From Mercenaria mercenaria (taxonomy: Eukaryota), in the NCBI RefSeq assembly GCF_021730395.1, contig NC_069369.1, positions 15,475,210 to 15,539,209 of the forward strand: a stretch of DNA of 64,000 nucleotides. The letters are read 5' to 3'. The notes below the pieces were generated by a model. It had not been told where the DNA came from and ran no database searches. It saw nothing but the letters and a program-made list of their open reading frames with translations. Shown piece by piece: positions 11,830 through 24,670 of this stretch. The position numbers and the translations under genes were made by a program. Each line of letters opens with the position of its first letter. Position 1 is the stretch's first letter.

Positions 11830-13150
11830 CATCTGAACTTTGTTCCGGGTGAACTATTAGTATAGGTGGATGGTCCGGCGTCCATCATCCTGTGTCCTGC
11901 GTCAACATCTTCTCCTCTGAAACTACTGGTCAGAATTACACTAAACTTGGTCAGTAGCATCCTTGCATGGACCTCCATCAATTTTGTTCAAATGGTTCAC
12001 CTTTGCTTTTAGGGGCTGCCAGAGCTAAAAATAGAAAAACCTTTAAATAACTTCTTCTCATGAACCGCTTGATGGATCTTCATCAATCTTGGTCTGTAGC
12101 ATCATTATAAGGTCTTCTCCCAAATTTGTTCAAATGGGGGCACTTGGACCCTTTTAAGGGCCGCTACAGTTTAAATTATAAATGCCTTCAAATGACTTGT
12201 TCTCATGAACGTCTCGATGGATTTTCATCGAACTTGGTATATAGCATCGTTATAAGATCCACTCCGAATTTTGTACATATGGGGGCTAAAGTTAGAAATA
12301 CATTTAAATAACTTCTTTTTATACTGCTGTACGGATCTTCATCAAATATGGTTTGTAGCATCATTACAAGGTCCTCTCCCAATTTTGTTCAAATGGGGAC
12401 GATTGGCCCTTCTTAGGGGCTACCAGAGCTAAAATTAGAATTGCCTTTAAATCGCTCCTCATGAACCACTCGATGAATCTTCATTAAACTTGACTTGTAG
12501 CATCATTATAAAGTCCTTCACCGACATTGTTCAGTAGGGGGCAATTGTCCAATTTTAGGGGCTGCTAGAGTTAATAAAGATAGAAACACCTTTAAACAAT
12601 TTCTTCTCATGAACCGCTTTATGGATCTTCAGAGGATCATTATAAGGTCTATTCTCAAAAATGGTTCAGTTGGGGGCACTTTGCCCCATTTAGGGGCCAC
12701 TAGAGCTAAAAATAGAAATACCTTTAAAAGACTTCTTCTCATGAACCACTTGATGGATCCTCATCAAACTTTGTCTGTAGCATCATTAGAAGGTCCTTTC
12801 TGAATTTTATTCAAATGGGGACAGTTGGCCTCTTTTTAGGAGTAAAAAAATAGAAATAATTTTGAACTAACTTCTCATTAATTCCTGGGTCTTCATCAAA
12901 CCTTGTATGGAGCATCATAAGGTCCTTTTCCATGTTTGTTTGATTGGGGGCACTTGGCCCCTTTAAGTGGCCGCTAGAGCTTTAAATAGAAATACCTTTG
13001 AAGTACTTCTTCTTATGAATCACTTGATGGCTCTTCATCAAACTTGGTCTATAACATTATTATAAGGTATTAATGACTTATATCAAATTTGTTCAAATGG
13101 TGGCACTTGGGCCCTTTAAGGGGCCACTAGAGTTAAAACAGAAATACCTT
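11830..13150. repeat. tandem satellite, about 160 bp x 8, in MVP intron 1
   Basis: Recurring unit ...CATCAATTTTGTTCAAATGGGGGCACTTGGCCC...GGGGCTGCCAGAGCTAAAAATAGAAA.... Confidence 0.8.
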
Positions 13151-13386
13151 TAAATGATTTGTCTGATGGTGATGCGTTTTTGATGCGTGACAGAAAAATA
13201 TAGGAAAAAAACACTTTTAAAATTTTGTTTTAATGAACGGCTTAAAGGATTTTCACCAAACCTAGTTAGAAGCAATGTCTATGTCTACTTAAGCCCATTT
13301 GGGCCTCTTGTTTGTTTATACATGAAATTATTTCCCTTTTATAAAGTACAATACATTTGTATTTATGTCAGTTTTCCCACTAATTA

Positions 13387-14513
13387 GCTTGACTATTCGA
13401 AGAATAGTCTAGCTATTCTACTCACCCTGGCGTCGGCGTCGGCGTCACACCTTGGTTAAGTTTTTGCATGCAAGTACATACAGCTATCATTTAAAGGCAT
13501 ATAGCTTTGAAACTTATTTATTCTTTTTCTAGGTCAATTACTAACCTCACTGGGTCAAGTTCCATAACTCTAACATGTATTTTGAGCAAATTATGCCCCC
13601 TTTTGGACTTAGAAAATTCTGGTTAAAGTTTTACATGCAAGTTACTATCTCCAAAACTAATGTAGATATTGAATTGAAACTTCACATGTGCCTTCGGGGT
13701 TATAAAACTAGTTGATAGCACCAAGTCCCATAACTCTGACCTTCATTTTGGGCAAATTATGCCCCCTTTTGGACTTAGAAAATTCTGGTTAAAGTTTTGC
13801 ATGCAAGTACATACAGCTATTACTAAAAGGCATATAGATTTGAAACTTATTTTTTTTTTCTAGATCAATTACCTACCTCACTGGGTCAAGTCCCATAACT
13901 CTGACATGTATTTTGGGCAAATTATGCCCCCTTTTGGACTTAGAAAATCCTGGTTAAAGTTTTACATGCAAGTAACTATCTCCAAAACTACTACAGATAT
14001 TAAATTGAAACTTCACACGTGTCTTCGGGGTTATAAAACTAGTTGATAGCACCAAGTCCCATAACTCTGACATGTATTTTGGGCAAATTATGCCCCCTTT
14101 TGGACTTAGAAAATCCTGGTTAAAGTTTTGCGTGCAAGTACATACAGCTATTACCAAAAGGCATATAGCTTTGAAACTTATTTATTCTTTTTCTAGGTCA
14201 ATAACCAACCTCACTGGGTCAAGTTCCATAACTCTTAACATGTATTTTGAGCAAGTTATTCCACCTTTTGGACTTAGAAAATTCTGGTTAAAGTTTTACA
14301 TGCAAGTTACTATCCCCAAAACTAATGCAGATATTGAATTGAAACTTAACATGTTTCTTCGGGGTTATAAAACTAGTTGATAACATCAAGTCCCATAACT
14401 CTGATATGTATTTTGGTCAAATTATGTCCCCTTTCTAACTTAAAACTCTTTTGATATTTCACATTTTGGGTAATAATTTCCTGCTTCTGTGACAATATTT
14501 CGAATAGTCGAGC
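13387..14513. mobile_element. family A TIR element, second copy in opposite orientation, carrying a different internal satellite (about 190 bp x 5.5)
   Basis: GCTTGACTATTCGAAGAAT at 13387 and TTTCGAATAGTCGAGC at 14498-14513. GGCGTCGGCGTCGGCGTCACACCTTGGTTAAG at 13429-13460. Confidence 0.7.
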
Positions 14514-14989
14514 TTGGCCTCTTGTTTAAAAATGCAATCATGTTTAAAGTAACATGATTGGTATTGATTGACATAAAAAGCTATTATTAACAATTGTAGA
14601 CTGCCAGAATGCAAACCCAGGCACAGGTTATAACATTAGGTTTATATAGGTAAATACATTATTGTTATGATTAGGTTGATTTTAATATAAGTAGTGCAGC
14701 TCAGAATGGACCAACATTGGTATTAACTGTCTCTGGTGTGTAACTTAAAAACAAGTTTAATTAGTACCATATATATGTCATGCATTTCAGTTGTTTATTA
14801 ATTTAGATTACCTCCCTTTAGTATGATAAACTATTTCATTATAGTTTTGTTTAATTTTTTTACCAGTTTGAAAATAAAACCACAGTGAATCATTGAAATA
14901 CAGATGTTGATTTGGCATGCAAAATGTTATACATTATACCAGATTAATATAGTGCCCTTTTCATGATAAATGCGTTCGTAGGCGCTTTA

Positions 14990-15365
14990 CATATAGCAAA
15001 CGCAGTCACACAGGGTGCGAAATTCATTCTTTACTAGTACAGACACAGTGCGATCTGACCAGAGGGACAGAGTGAGATTAAGCCCGCAGAACAGATAGAA
15101 AGAAAAATCCTTTTTAGATACAGGCCTGTCCAGCTAACTTAGCTTAGCTCTTTGCAAATAGACAGTCTGGTTCTTTAATGTGCCCGGTGTATAGCACAGA
15201 TACACGCGAAGCCGTCTTCCCTGGGAAGAACCAGTACAGGCCTCTTAGTTAGGTGGGAGACACTTAAGAGCATCTCAGAAATTTCCAGTGCCTGGATCGG
15301 GATTCAAACCCCGGACCTCTAGACGGATAGTCAAGCGTGTTACCACTACACCACCAGCCCATATG
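14990..15365 (-). mobile_element. tRNA-derived SINE (head 15275-15360 on the minus strand)
   Basis: Minus-strand GGGCTGGTGGTGTAGTGGTAACACG...GGTTTGAATCCCGATCCAGGCAC is tRNA-like but has an imperfect acceptor. Confidence 0.5.
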
Positions 15366-15994
15366 AAAAATGTCCCTAGTCAGGAAATCATATTGGTAAC
15401 TGTGTTACAAGTTGTTGCTGGAATTGAAAGTAAGACATTGCGTATCACTTGAATATTTCTATGACACAACTTATTGGACTGTACTGTATAAGTGATGGAT
15501 AACTTTGGTGTGTTGTAAACATTGAGAACTGGATCACCCTTACAGAAATATTATAGTTTGTTGCGATCATGCAACAGGGGACCATGCCACAAACACTTTT
15601 GGTGAAATAGATACATGGACTTTTCACATGCAAATTAGATTTGCTGCAAACAGGTTGCTGCAAACTTCCTGCAAACAAGTTTCTGAGAACTTCCCACAAA
15701 CAAATTGCTTCAGACATTCTGTGAACTTGCTGTGAACAGGTCCCTATGAACATTCTGTGAACAAGCTAAGAACCATAATTATCAAGCAGAATTCAGCCAG
15801 AAACTGTTGTAAGTCTGGCTTACATTTTGGCAAAATTTTGCCCCTTTTACACATAGAAATTGTGATAATGTTTAACCATAAATCCAGCTTAAAATGAATT
15901 AATTTTAACAATTATAGCACTACCATAGTGCTTGTTATCACTTATTAGTTTAATTTTGGGGAGGGTTTCTAAGATGTAGTACCAAGAGTAGCCT

Positions 15995-16260
15995 GTCAGC
16001 TTAGCTCAATAGAGAGAGTGCAGATCTACGGATCACGGAGTCGTGAGTTCATTCCTCTGGCGTGGGGTATATTCTCTGACAATTTGATAGAAGACATTGT
16101 GTCTGAAATCATTGATCCTCCACCTCTGATTCATGTGGGGAAGTTGGTATATAACAACATATCAGATGTCAAAAGTGTTAAAGAAATATTTAGAAAGAGA
16201 TGTAACAAAAAGTTTCAAAAAAATGGAAACAGTATTAATGGCATGTGAATATGTGCTCAG
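15995..16260 (+). mobile_element. tRNA-derived SINE (head AGCTTAGCTCAATAGAGAGAGTGCAGATCTACGGATCACGGAGTCGTGAGTTCATTCCTC)
   Basis: A-box and B-box-like motifs. No intact cloverleaf. Confidence 0.45.
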
Positions 16261-17632
16261 GGCAAAAAGAAATAGCCTTAAGGCAATGATTGTAATAGAA
16301 ATTTATTGTTGTATTGTGCATACATATATTCATATATAGAAGTTATTAAATGTGTATAAAAATAGGTATGACTGTAAATAAATTTACTTTGACGTAGATA
16401 TAGACGTAGATTTGCAGTTAGTTTATCTGACTATACTAAACTGAAACATATTTCTGACATCGCTGATACTTAAGGTAGTAATCTGAGGTCAAATGTTTAG
16501 GTTCATAGGTTAGATAATATCACACATCTCTCCAGTCAGTTTTATATTAAGGTATAGGTTATCCATTATTAAAGCCTTTACCTTAACTGTAAAAAAGGTT
16601 TCCATACAGGCGGCCAGTCTCATTTAACTATATTTTATGATATTATCTAATTTCTGTATATTCTATTACATTTATTTAAGGAGAAAAAGACGATTTACAT
16701 AATGTTAGATCACTTTTAGAAATGTATATTTCTTTCATTTTTATAGAATTTTATAATTGTTCCCCTAAGTATTTTAAAAGCTGAGTATTTCTTTTGATTT
16801 CTGTATAATCACTAGTTGATAGATAATGGAATAACAGTATGAACAAAAAGGCAAATGCTAAAACTGCATGTAGCTTTAGACTTAATTTATTTTCAGTCTG
16901 TCCTTGGTTAACATTCAGGATAGGTAAGCAAAGGGAGCTAATAATAGTTTTAAATCTTGCATTTCTCATAAATTTTGGCTAAATATAACTGTCAATACTA
17001 GTTTTTGACAAATATAAAAAATAGTTCTTATTTACCGGTAAGTCACTTACAAGTGGAACACTGGAGAGGACTACAGGAATTCCCTCTGCATATAAGGTAC
17101 TTTTTGTGGCTTGATGGGTACTTCATAAATAACAAAAAAAAAAAACCTAATAAAGGTCTGTTCATGAGAACATCCATCCCTCTGTCCATCTGCAAATCTG
17201 GATCCTGCTTTACTCAAAAAGTATTCAAGCTAGGTTCATAAAACTTGGTGTGTGAATAGAGGGCAATACATGTATATAGATTATGCACATACATGACTTC
17301 ATGACTTATGCTTGTAGGTCAAAGGTCTAGGTCACTATTGAAGGTCAAGTAAATCATTGATTTTGCTCCATAACTTTTATATGCATTGATGGATTATCTT
17401 AGTGCTATGCAGAAATGTTCCCCATGATGAGATATTGTCAGCACATGACCTATGCTTGTCAGTCAAATGTCAAGGGCACTGTTGAAAGTTTTCCACCAGT
17501 AGGGGACTTCTGTCTTGCCACTGCAATACTTGGTCACTTGTATTCATGAAGTTCCCTAGGCTTTTGTTGATAAAATTAATACTTATGCTAAGATAATTCT
17601 TACTTAAACAAGAGCTGTCGGAGGACAGCAAC

Positions 17633-18566
17633 GCTCGACTATTCAACAGCCTTGTTGACTGAATGAATACGAAAGTCGAAAAAGGGGCATAATTTAAAAA
17701 AGCAAAATAGGGTTATGGAACCTGCATAGTGCTTATCAGCTCATGACAGTGGACAAGTGTGTGAAGTTTCAATCCATTCCCATTAGTGGGTACTGAGATA
17801 CCAGCTTACACATAAGAATTTAACCCAAAACTCCTAAGTTTAAAAAGGGGCATAATTTTGTAAAATGCAAAGTTGAGTTATTGACCTTTTGCACTGCATG
17901 TCATATCATGACAGTGAACAAGTGTGTGAAGTTTCAATCCTTTCCCATTAGTGGATACTGAGATACCAGCGTACATACAAAAACTTAACCAAACATTTCT
18001 ATGTTGAAAAAGGGGCATAATTTTGTCAAAAAGCAAAATAAAGTTATGGGACCTGCTTTGTGCAGTAAGATCATGACAGTGAACAAGAGTGTGAAGTTTC
18101 AATCCATTCCAATTAGTGAGTACTGAGATACCAGCTTACATACAAAACCTTAACCAAAAAATTCTAAGTCAAAAAAGGGGCATAATTTTGTAAAAAAGCA
18201 AAATAGAGTTATGGAACCTGTGCAGTGTAAGTCAGTTTATCACAGTGAATAAGTGTGTGAAGTTTCAATCCATTCCCACAAGTGGTTACTGAGATACCAG
18301 CTTACATACAAAACCTTAACCAAAAATTTCTTAGTCAAAAAAGGGGCATAATTTTGTGAAAAAGCAAACTAGAGTTATGGAACCTGTGCAGTATAAGTCA
18401 GTTTATCACAGTGAATAAGTGTGTGAAGTTTCAATCCATTCCCACAAGTGGTTGCTGAGATACCAGCTTACATACAAAAACTTAACCATATCGGGACGCG
18501 GACGCCGACGCGGACGCCGACACATGGGCGAGTCCAGTAGCTCTACTATTCTATGAATAGTCGAGC
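17633..18566. mobile_element. family A TIR element, third copy (internal array of about 150 bp x 5, related to the 2240-3230 array)
   Basis: GCTCGACTATTCAACAG at 17633 and CTATGAATAGTCGAGC at 18551-18566. GACGCGGACGCCGACGCGGACGCCGACAC at 18494-18523. Confidence 0.65.
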
Positions 18567-20204
18567 TAAAAATGTTATTTTAAATTACATGTTTGGATAA
18601 AAATATTTCAATTTTTTTAAATTCATTTACTAAATTTCACCACTAAAATTATTTATTGCATTAAAACATAACATAACATAACATAAAGTTGATTAACATA
18701 ATAATTTATAGAACTACATGTTATAGTTAATTTAAAAGTTAGATATTGTATATGTAAATATAACACAAGGAAAACTGGAAGTACCAGTAATATTCACATT
18801 AAAACATACATTAATATGAAAACATATTATTCGGCTGCAATAATATTTTAATTATTGCATTTCTGTACATGATAACCCCCAATCAAGCATCACTATCACA
18901 TAGTCATACAAGATTAAAGTCAAATGACATGTTTGGCAATAAGTTAACCCAATGCTGACATATTTCTGTATATTATGGTAACTAGTTAGATTAAATCTCT
19001 GTTTGTTTGACATGCCCCACCGCTAGTGACAAATACTATGCCCCAACGATAACTTGATATTTACAAACATGACTATAAATAGATTAAAATGGAACATAGG
19101 GAAATTACAATCTAAATATTTCTAAATTTTGTACCAATTGCAAATTAGCTCAGTGGTAAAGCATGCAGTCCATGTTAAACAGATCTTTTTCCGTGTGGGT
19201 TCGAAACTCAGCATCGACACTAAATTTTTATTTTTATTTCTCATAAACATTTAGATTCCTTCATGAACTATGTGACAACACAACAGAGAAGTATCTTAAG
19301 CCATTATGGCAGATCAGAAAAGTTTAGCATTATATCAAAGATGATATTGACTGAATGCATGCATATAAGCCATGCAAATAATAAACATATTGTTGTGTTA
19401 TATAAAGGCATACATACAAATACAAACCATCAAGGAAAGAAACAAAAATGAAAACGAAAAGAAAAAAAACGCCACAAAAATACAAAAAATGAAAAAAAAA
19501 TCCTCACGAAGATTCGAACCCACAAAATGATTTGCTTATGATATTCAGTTGTTATCTGCGTTTTACCCGACTGAGCTATGTTTCCATATAATCATAGTAT
19601 ATATTTAAGATGAAAGAAATACTAATATTTACTTAGAGGGTAACGTGTAAGCATTATGGATTGATATTTCATCGGTTATCATGAAATAGAATCGTCCTCG
19701 CGTTTCAGCGGGAATCTTGTTATCATTGGGGATTAGTATTAAGGTTCTTGTCTAAACACAGTCACAGCTATAGCCACAATAACAACTTTTAAGTTAAAAT
19801 CTAAATTATGGATATATATATTGTTATAAATTTTGATAATTTATATTACTGTTCAAAATCCAAATTTACATTGTTGTCAAGTAAAATGCCATTGCAATAC
19901 TTGGTCACTTGTATTCATTAAGTTCTCTAGGCTTTTGTTGATAATACTTATGCTAAGATCATTCTTACTTGGTTCGACATCCAGGATAGGAAAATCAAAT
20001 TTAACAATATTGACATTGAAAATCTAATATGCTATAGTTTCAGTGAGCAAAAATAAGGGAAAATAACCAGATGATAAAGTTTTCAACAATTCCTTTCCTT
20101 GACCAGAATCTGATAAAACACTTTTAAATGCATGTATTATTACTTACCCTTAAAAATACAAGAGTTAATGCCCGTGTAATTATTCATCAATAAAAGTATA
20201 TCGG

Positions 20205-20625
20205 TAGTATTATGTCTCCCACCACGCAGTAGTGTGGGAGACATATTGATTTACTCCTGTCTGTGTGTCTGTCTGTCACAAAGCTTGTCCGCACTCTAAG
20301 TCTAACATTCTCACCTGATCTTCACAAAACTTGAACAAAATGTGTCTGACCATAAGACTTCGGCCAAGTTTGATAACTAGCCAAATCGGCCTAGGCACTT
20401 CAGAATAATGGCCCTTGAATTACCGAAAAATCCTGAGAGCACATGCACTTTCATGCACCCAAAACATACCCTATAATAAAAATAGTATAGGGTACATTTT
20501 GGATGCAAGAAAGCGCATGCACAAGTAGTATAGGGTACATTTTAGGTCCAAGAAAGCGTAGACTGACTTACTATTTAGATGATTAGGCAGTTGTGGGAGA
20601 CATGCGCTTTTCTCAAAAGCATCTC
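20205..20625. mobile_element. MITE-like element with terminal hairpins (GTCTCCCACCACGCAGTAGTGTGGGAGAC ... TGTGGGAGACATGCGC)
   Basis: Inverted-repeat termini around 20210-20245 and 20590-20620. Confidence 0.4.
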
Positions 20626-21189
20626 TAGTTATCCATTTATTTTAATTGGTTATTAGTGAGACTTAGTAAATAAGACTGGTGTTCGTTTAGATCTTTACAA
20701 AGAGCTTAGAATTCAGGTACCACTATCTAGCAGCATGTCAGTACATGCGATCAGCTGTTTAGATGGAACGGAAGCTATGACTAGTGTTCATTTAGGTGAT
20801 ATTGACATACTATTATGCCAGTACTGGCCATTGCTCCCTATTCTTTACATGTTGACAATATTGCTAAACCACAAAAAGCTATTTGATATGTTTTTTATTA
20901 TATCAAAAATGAAAAAAAAAGCCTTTACCGGTAATGTGAAAATTTTCTTAAAAGTCATAGACGTACTTGTACTTCAAACTGTACAAGATCTAAATTTCAT
21001 GGTATACTTATAACTGTGTTGTTTTGCATACATTCCCACTCATTTGTTTCTCATTTTGTGTCAGTAATTAATGAGTAACTAGCATAATATACACTTGCTG
21101 TGATATTTTGTGTGGTTTATTCGTAAGTAATGTTTATATTTAGTATAAATAGGAAATTGAATTGAAGACAAGTTGAAGTATTTCACTGC

Positions 21190-22500
21190 ATAAACTCACA
21201 TTGCTGTGGACAGTTAGTTGATACAATATTCTTAGACTTGTCTAAAGCATTTGACCTAGTCAACCATTCGGTACTGCTGCAAAAACTAAAAACATATAAC
21301 TTTAGTCAAGAATCACTAGATTTGTTTAAATCATATTTAAGTAGTAGATTTCATAAAGTATGCATTTCTGGAAAAATATCTGAATCAAAGCCAATAATGT
21401 CTGGTGTCCCTTAAGGCTCTGTGCTTGGCCCTCTGCTTTTTATTTTATATATCAATGATCTGCCCCAACATCTGAAAGTCTGTTTCACTGATATTTTTGC
21501 AGATGATACAACCTTAACTGTCGTTGGAAACACCAAACAAGAAATCAGTTCTGAGTTGCAATCTGTACTCTCTAAAACTGAGGACTGGTGCAAGCATAAT
21601 TATATGACAGCTAATGTACAAAAAAAAAACCAAAGCAATGTTTATCTCATCAAGAGAAACTAATAAAGATACTTTGAACCCATCACCTCTTACATTCAAT
21701 AAAACTGTGGAATATACAGAATCAGAAAAGCTGTTAGGTGTACATGTCAGTAATAACTTAAGCTGGAAAGATCATATTGATAACACACTAAAGAAATGCA
21801 ATTCCTTACTTTATCTTTTACAATGAATTAAATGCTACCTAGATATTCTCCAGAGAAAACTTTTCTTTAATATTTATATTTTACCCCACTTGGATTATTG
21901 CTGCACGATTTGAGGTAATTGCAACAGAGATTCAATGGAAAAAATTACAAAATTTAAAAAAAGAGCAGCTCAAATCAGCCTTGATAAATGTTTTGATTTT
22001 CCATCTGAAGATTTGTTTAAATAGCAGAACTGGATGAAATTCTATGAACGACTGCATTATTAGAAAGCAGTTTTAGTCTTTAAATCAATTAACAATCTTA
22101 GTCCATCCTATCTTCAAAGTAAATTTAAATTTGTACATAATCCTTACATTACTCTAAGATCAGAATCAAATAAATGTCTTGAAGTACCTAAACCAAGCTT
22201 AGAACTGTACAGAAAATCCCTTGAATACTCAGGACCAAAAATCTGGAACTTATTTAACCTCTTGAAGTAAAAAATTCTAACAGTCTTGAGCAGTTCAAAA
22301 GATCCTATCTGACAGACTGGAAAATGAACAACATAACCCCTATGCTTAGATTTTCTTGTCATCATGCTATTGTCAAATTTGTGTTTGAAATGTATTTGTA
22401 AATATTGTATATAATTTTGAGGCTCACTTGGAAGATTGGGCATGCCTAATAGTGTTGCCTCAATGAATAAAATCATTATTATTATTATTATTATTATTAT
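21190..22500 (+). pseudogene. LINE (CR1/RTE-like) reverse-transcriptase fragment, decayed, with an (ATT)n tail
   Basis: Reads LDLSKAFDLVNHSVLLQKLK...GVP*GSVLGPLLFILYINDLP...FADDTTL...LLGVHVSNNLSWKDHI in one frame with a stop and frameshifts. (ATT)10 at 22470-22500. Sits in MVP intron 1. Confidence 0.75.
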
Positions 22501-22506
22501 CATTAG

Positions 22507-22900
22507 CCATTAGCTCATCTGATTTTTAAAAAAAAAATGATGAGTTATTGTCTTCACTTGATCGGCGTCGGCGTCGGCATTGCCTGGTTAAGTTTTATGT
22601 TTAGGTCAGCTTTTCTCCTAAACTATCAAAGCTATTGCTTTGAAACTTGCAACACTTGTTCACCATCATAAGCTGACCCTGGTCCGGATCCAGGGCCGGG
22701 CCGAGGGGGCCTGTGTCCCCCCCCCCACCCCTCCAGTTGGCTGAGAAGTGACCTATACTCATCAAAAGATGCACCCTACTATTTTGGCAAAGGAATATTT
22801 TTCTCTCAAAATTTAGACCCAGAAACGCACCAGAGGCCACCATTTCATATCTGTATTTTAAAATTTTCCAGGGGGAGAGCCCCTGTACATCAAGAAACAT
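22507..22900. mobile_element. truncated family B element (5' end only) interrupted by a GC-rich palindromic insertion (22690-22880)
   Basis: TAGCTCATCTGATTTTTAAAAAAAAAATGATGAGTTATTGTCTTCACTTGATCGGCGTCGGCGTCGGCATTGCCTGGTTAAG is nearly identical to the 24935 copy. Confidence 0.5.
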
Positions 22901-23870
22901 AACTCAGTGCTCTTGTTATTATTATGGAAACACAAGGCATTCCAAACTAAAAACAGTTGATTGGCTACGATAGTTTTGAAATTTTGTGTGTCTTGTCATA
23001 AAATGAGATATGTAGATTTTACCGTTCCTTAAACATGGAAAAAGTTGCATTTGATGCAACATTAATACATAAATTTTGCTTTTCTAACAGCCGCTGAAGA
23101 TTTTGTTGCTTCAGAGGTTTATAATTTTATAAGAATGTAACATCGGATCAGTTTAAATACTCTGTAAGGAGATATAAGCAAGAGTTTCGTTAATTTTTGA
23201 AGTAGAAAGTGGAAGTTGCAAAGTAGGGAGGGGTCCTCCTATTTAGAACATAATTTGATACAGGAAAAGTAGCCAGGGCTTCAGAACTCTTTAGCAGGGA
23301 GTATTCCTCGTCCCTATGACCCTTAATGAAACCCATAATGAGTGGAAACAAGCTCATGTAATGATAATTAATGTAATTTCATATCAGAATATATTGTAAT
23401 CTATTTCTCAACCCATGTATATGTGTAGTACTAAACAAATATTTGGCATGAATCTATTTACAAATATTACTCTTTTGTGAAACTAAGTGTCTTCTTTTTC
23501 ATATTTATTTGTGTGTCCTCTTTTGTAGACAAGCCACTAGACTGGTAATAAAACATTACAAAGTAAGGTATTTTCATGTTAGGAGCCAAAAACTTGTATT
23601 TTCTGGAGAATTTCTTGGAGAAAGTATAGAAGGATTATGGTATCGATCAGAAAAAGGATATAGAGTAGCTCCATTTACTAGAATTGAAATATAAAAGAAA
23701 ATATAACTAGGAGCTATTCTACCTTCTTCAGTATTGTAGTTCATTATATGGACAAAATTGTTCTTGGATGCCATGATGTTGATGCATTGCGCTAGCTTAA
23801 ATATTGACATGAATTGTGTGGGTAAGCTCTAGAACTGGTAATATGAAATAGATTATTTTGTCTCTTTCAG

Positions 23871-24004
23871 AATTCCAACATTACAAGAGTGGAGACTGGT
23901 CCACAAACTGTAGTCTTGGATGCCAATGAAAGACTGGTTGCCGGCCCACTTACTATGATTGTTATACCACCAGTCCATTTTTGTATGATTAAAAATCCTA
24001 TGTC
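23871..24004 (+). CDS. MVP: MVP exon 2 (NSNITRVETGPQTVVLDANERLVAGPLTMIVIPPVHFCMIKNPMS)
   Basis: Acceptor tctctttcag and donor GTAAGT. Matches the first MVP repeat (NSNVSRVEVGP...VPPRHYC..NPV). Ends in phase 2. Confidence 0.85.
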
Positions 24005-24293
24005 GTAAGTATATCTGTTGATGTTTTTAAAGACTACGGTAAAACTTGATTATATACAATTATATTCATTTAAATAATTTTTATGTGCTGTACAATTATA
24101 CTAGACCGTTCTTTCAGAAAAAAGGATTACAGTAACATACTTGGCATAAAATTCAAATACTTTTATTTTAATGTGTTAAAGACAGTTAACTATATCTAGT
24201 TGTCAGATTAACAGTTATTCTTAGCTAGTAATTGACAGCTTCCCCACATGGTACTTTCAATAAATGAACTGAAATATTTTTTTCTCTGTCCAG

Positions 24294-24357
24294 TAAATAT
24301 GTACCGGGAAAAGTGTGTGAGTTGAGACTGGGTCAGTTTGATGTCAGGTTCCATGCT
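24294..24357 (+). CDS. MVP: MVP exon 3 (S)KYVPGKVCELRLGQFDVRFHA
   Basis: Acceptor ctctgtccag and donor GTAAGT. Completes the tc- codon carried from exon 2. Similarity to vertebrate MVP is weak (V-R-x-R-H-A). Confidence 0.65.
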
Positions 24358-24670
24358 GTAAGTACACATCAACTTGGTGCTAGTTTAACTGTTTAGTATT
24401 TTAATAATTTAAAAAAAAAATGTCTGATATTGTACAGTGACAGAATTAAAAAATAAAATTTGAAAAAGAAACATGTATCTTGATTTAATCAGTGATGTTA
24501 GAACAAAATGGTATGCTATTCATGTTCTAGGAGATGGCATTACCGATATAATTTCATAATTATTGTTTTGCAGAATATCTATATAAATTATTACTATCGT
24601 AATAATGTTTTTTATTTGTTTTCAGATTTTCAAAATTTGATGATAATTATAGTTTTCTGTTTGCCTGCAG

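Noticed and set aside
19135-19585. Two tRNA-like stretches (19135-19215 +, 19495-19585 -) as possible tRNA genes
   Set aside because: The T-arm-like GGTTCGAA motifs are present but no pairable acceptor or anticodon stems. They are most likely SINE remnants.
22144-22503. 119-aa ORF starting MIIIIIIIIM
   Set aside because: The reading frame runs through the (ATT)n microsatellite at the LINE tail. Low complexity.
23509-23694. 61-aa ORF just upstream of MVP exon 2, considered as a possible missed MVP exon
   Set aside because: No similarity to the MVP N-terminal repeats (xRVxxGPxT...PPxHYC). It would break the exon 1 to exon 2 frame and has no acceptor/donor pair in phase.
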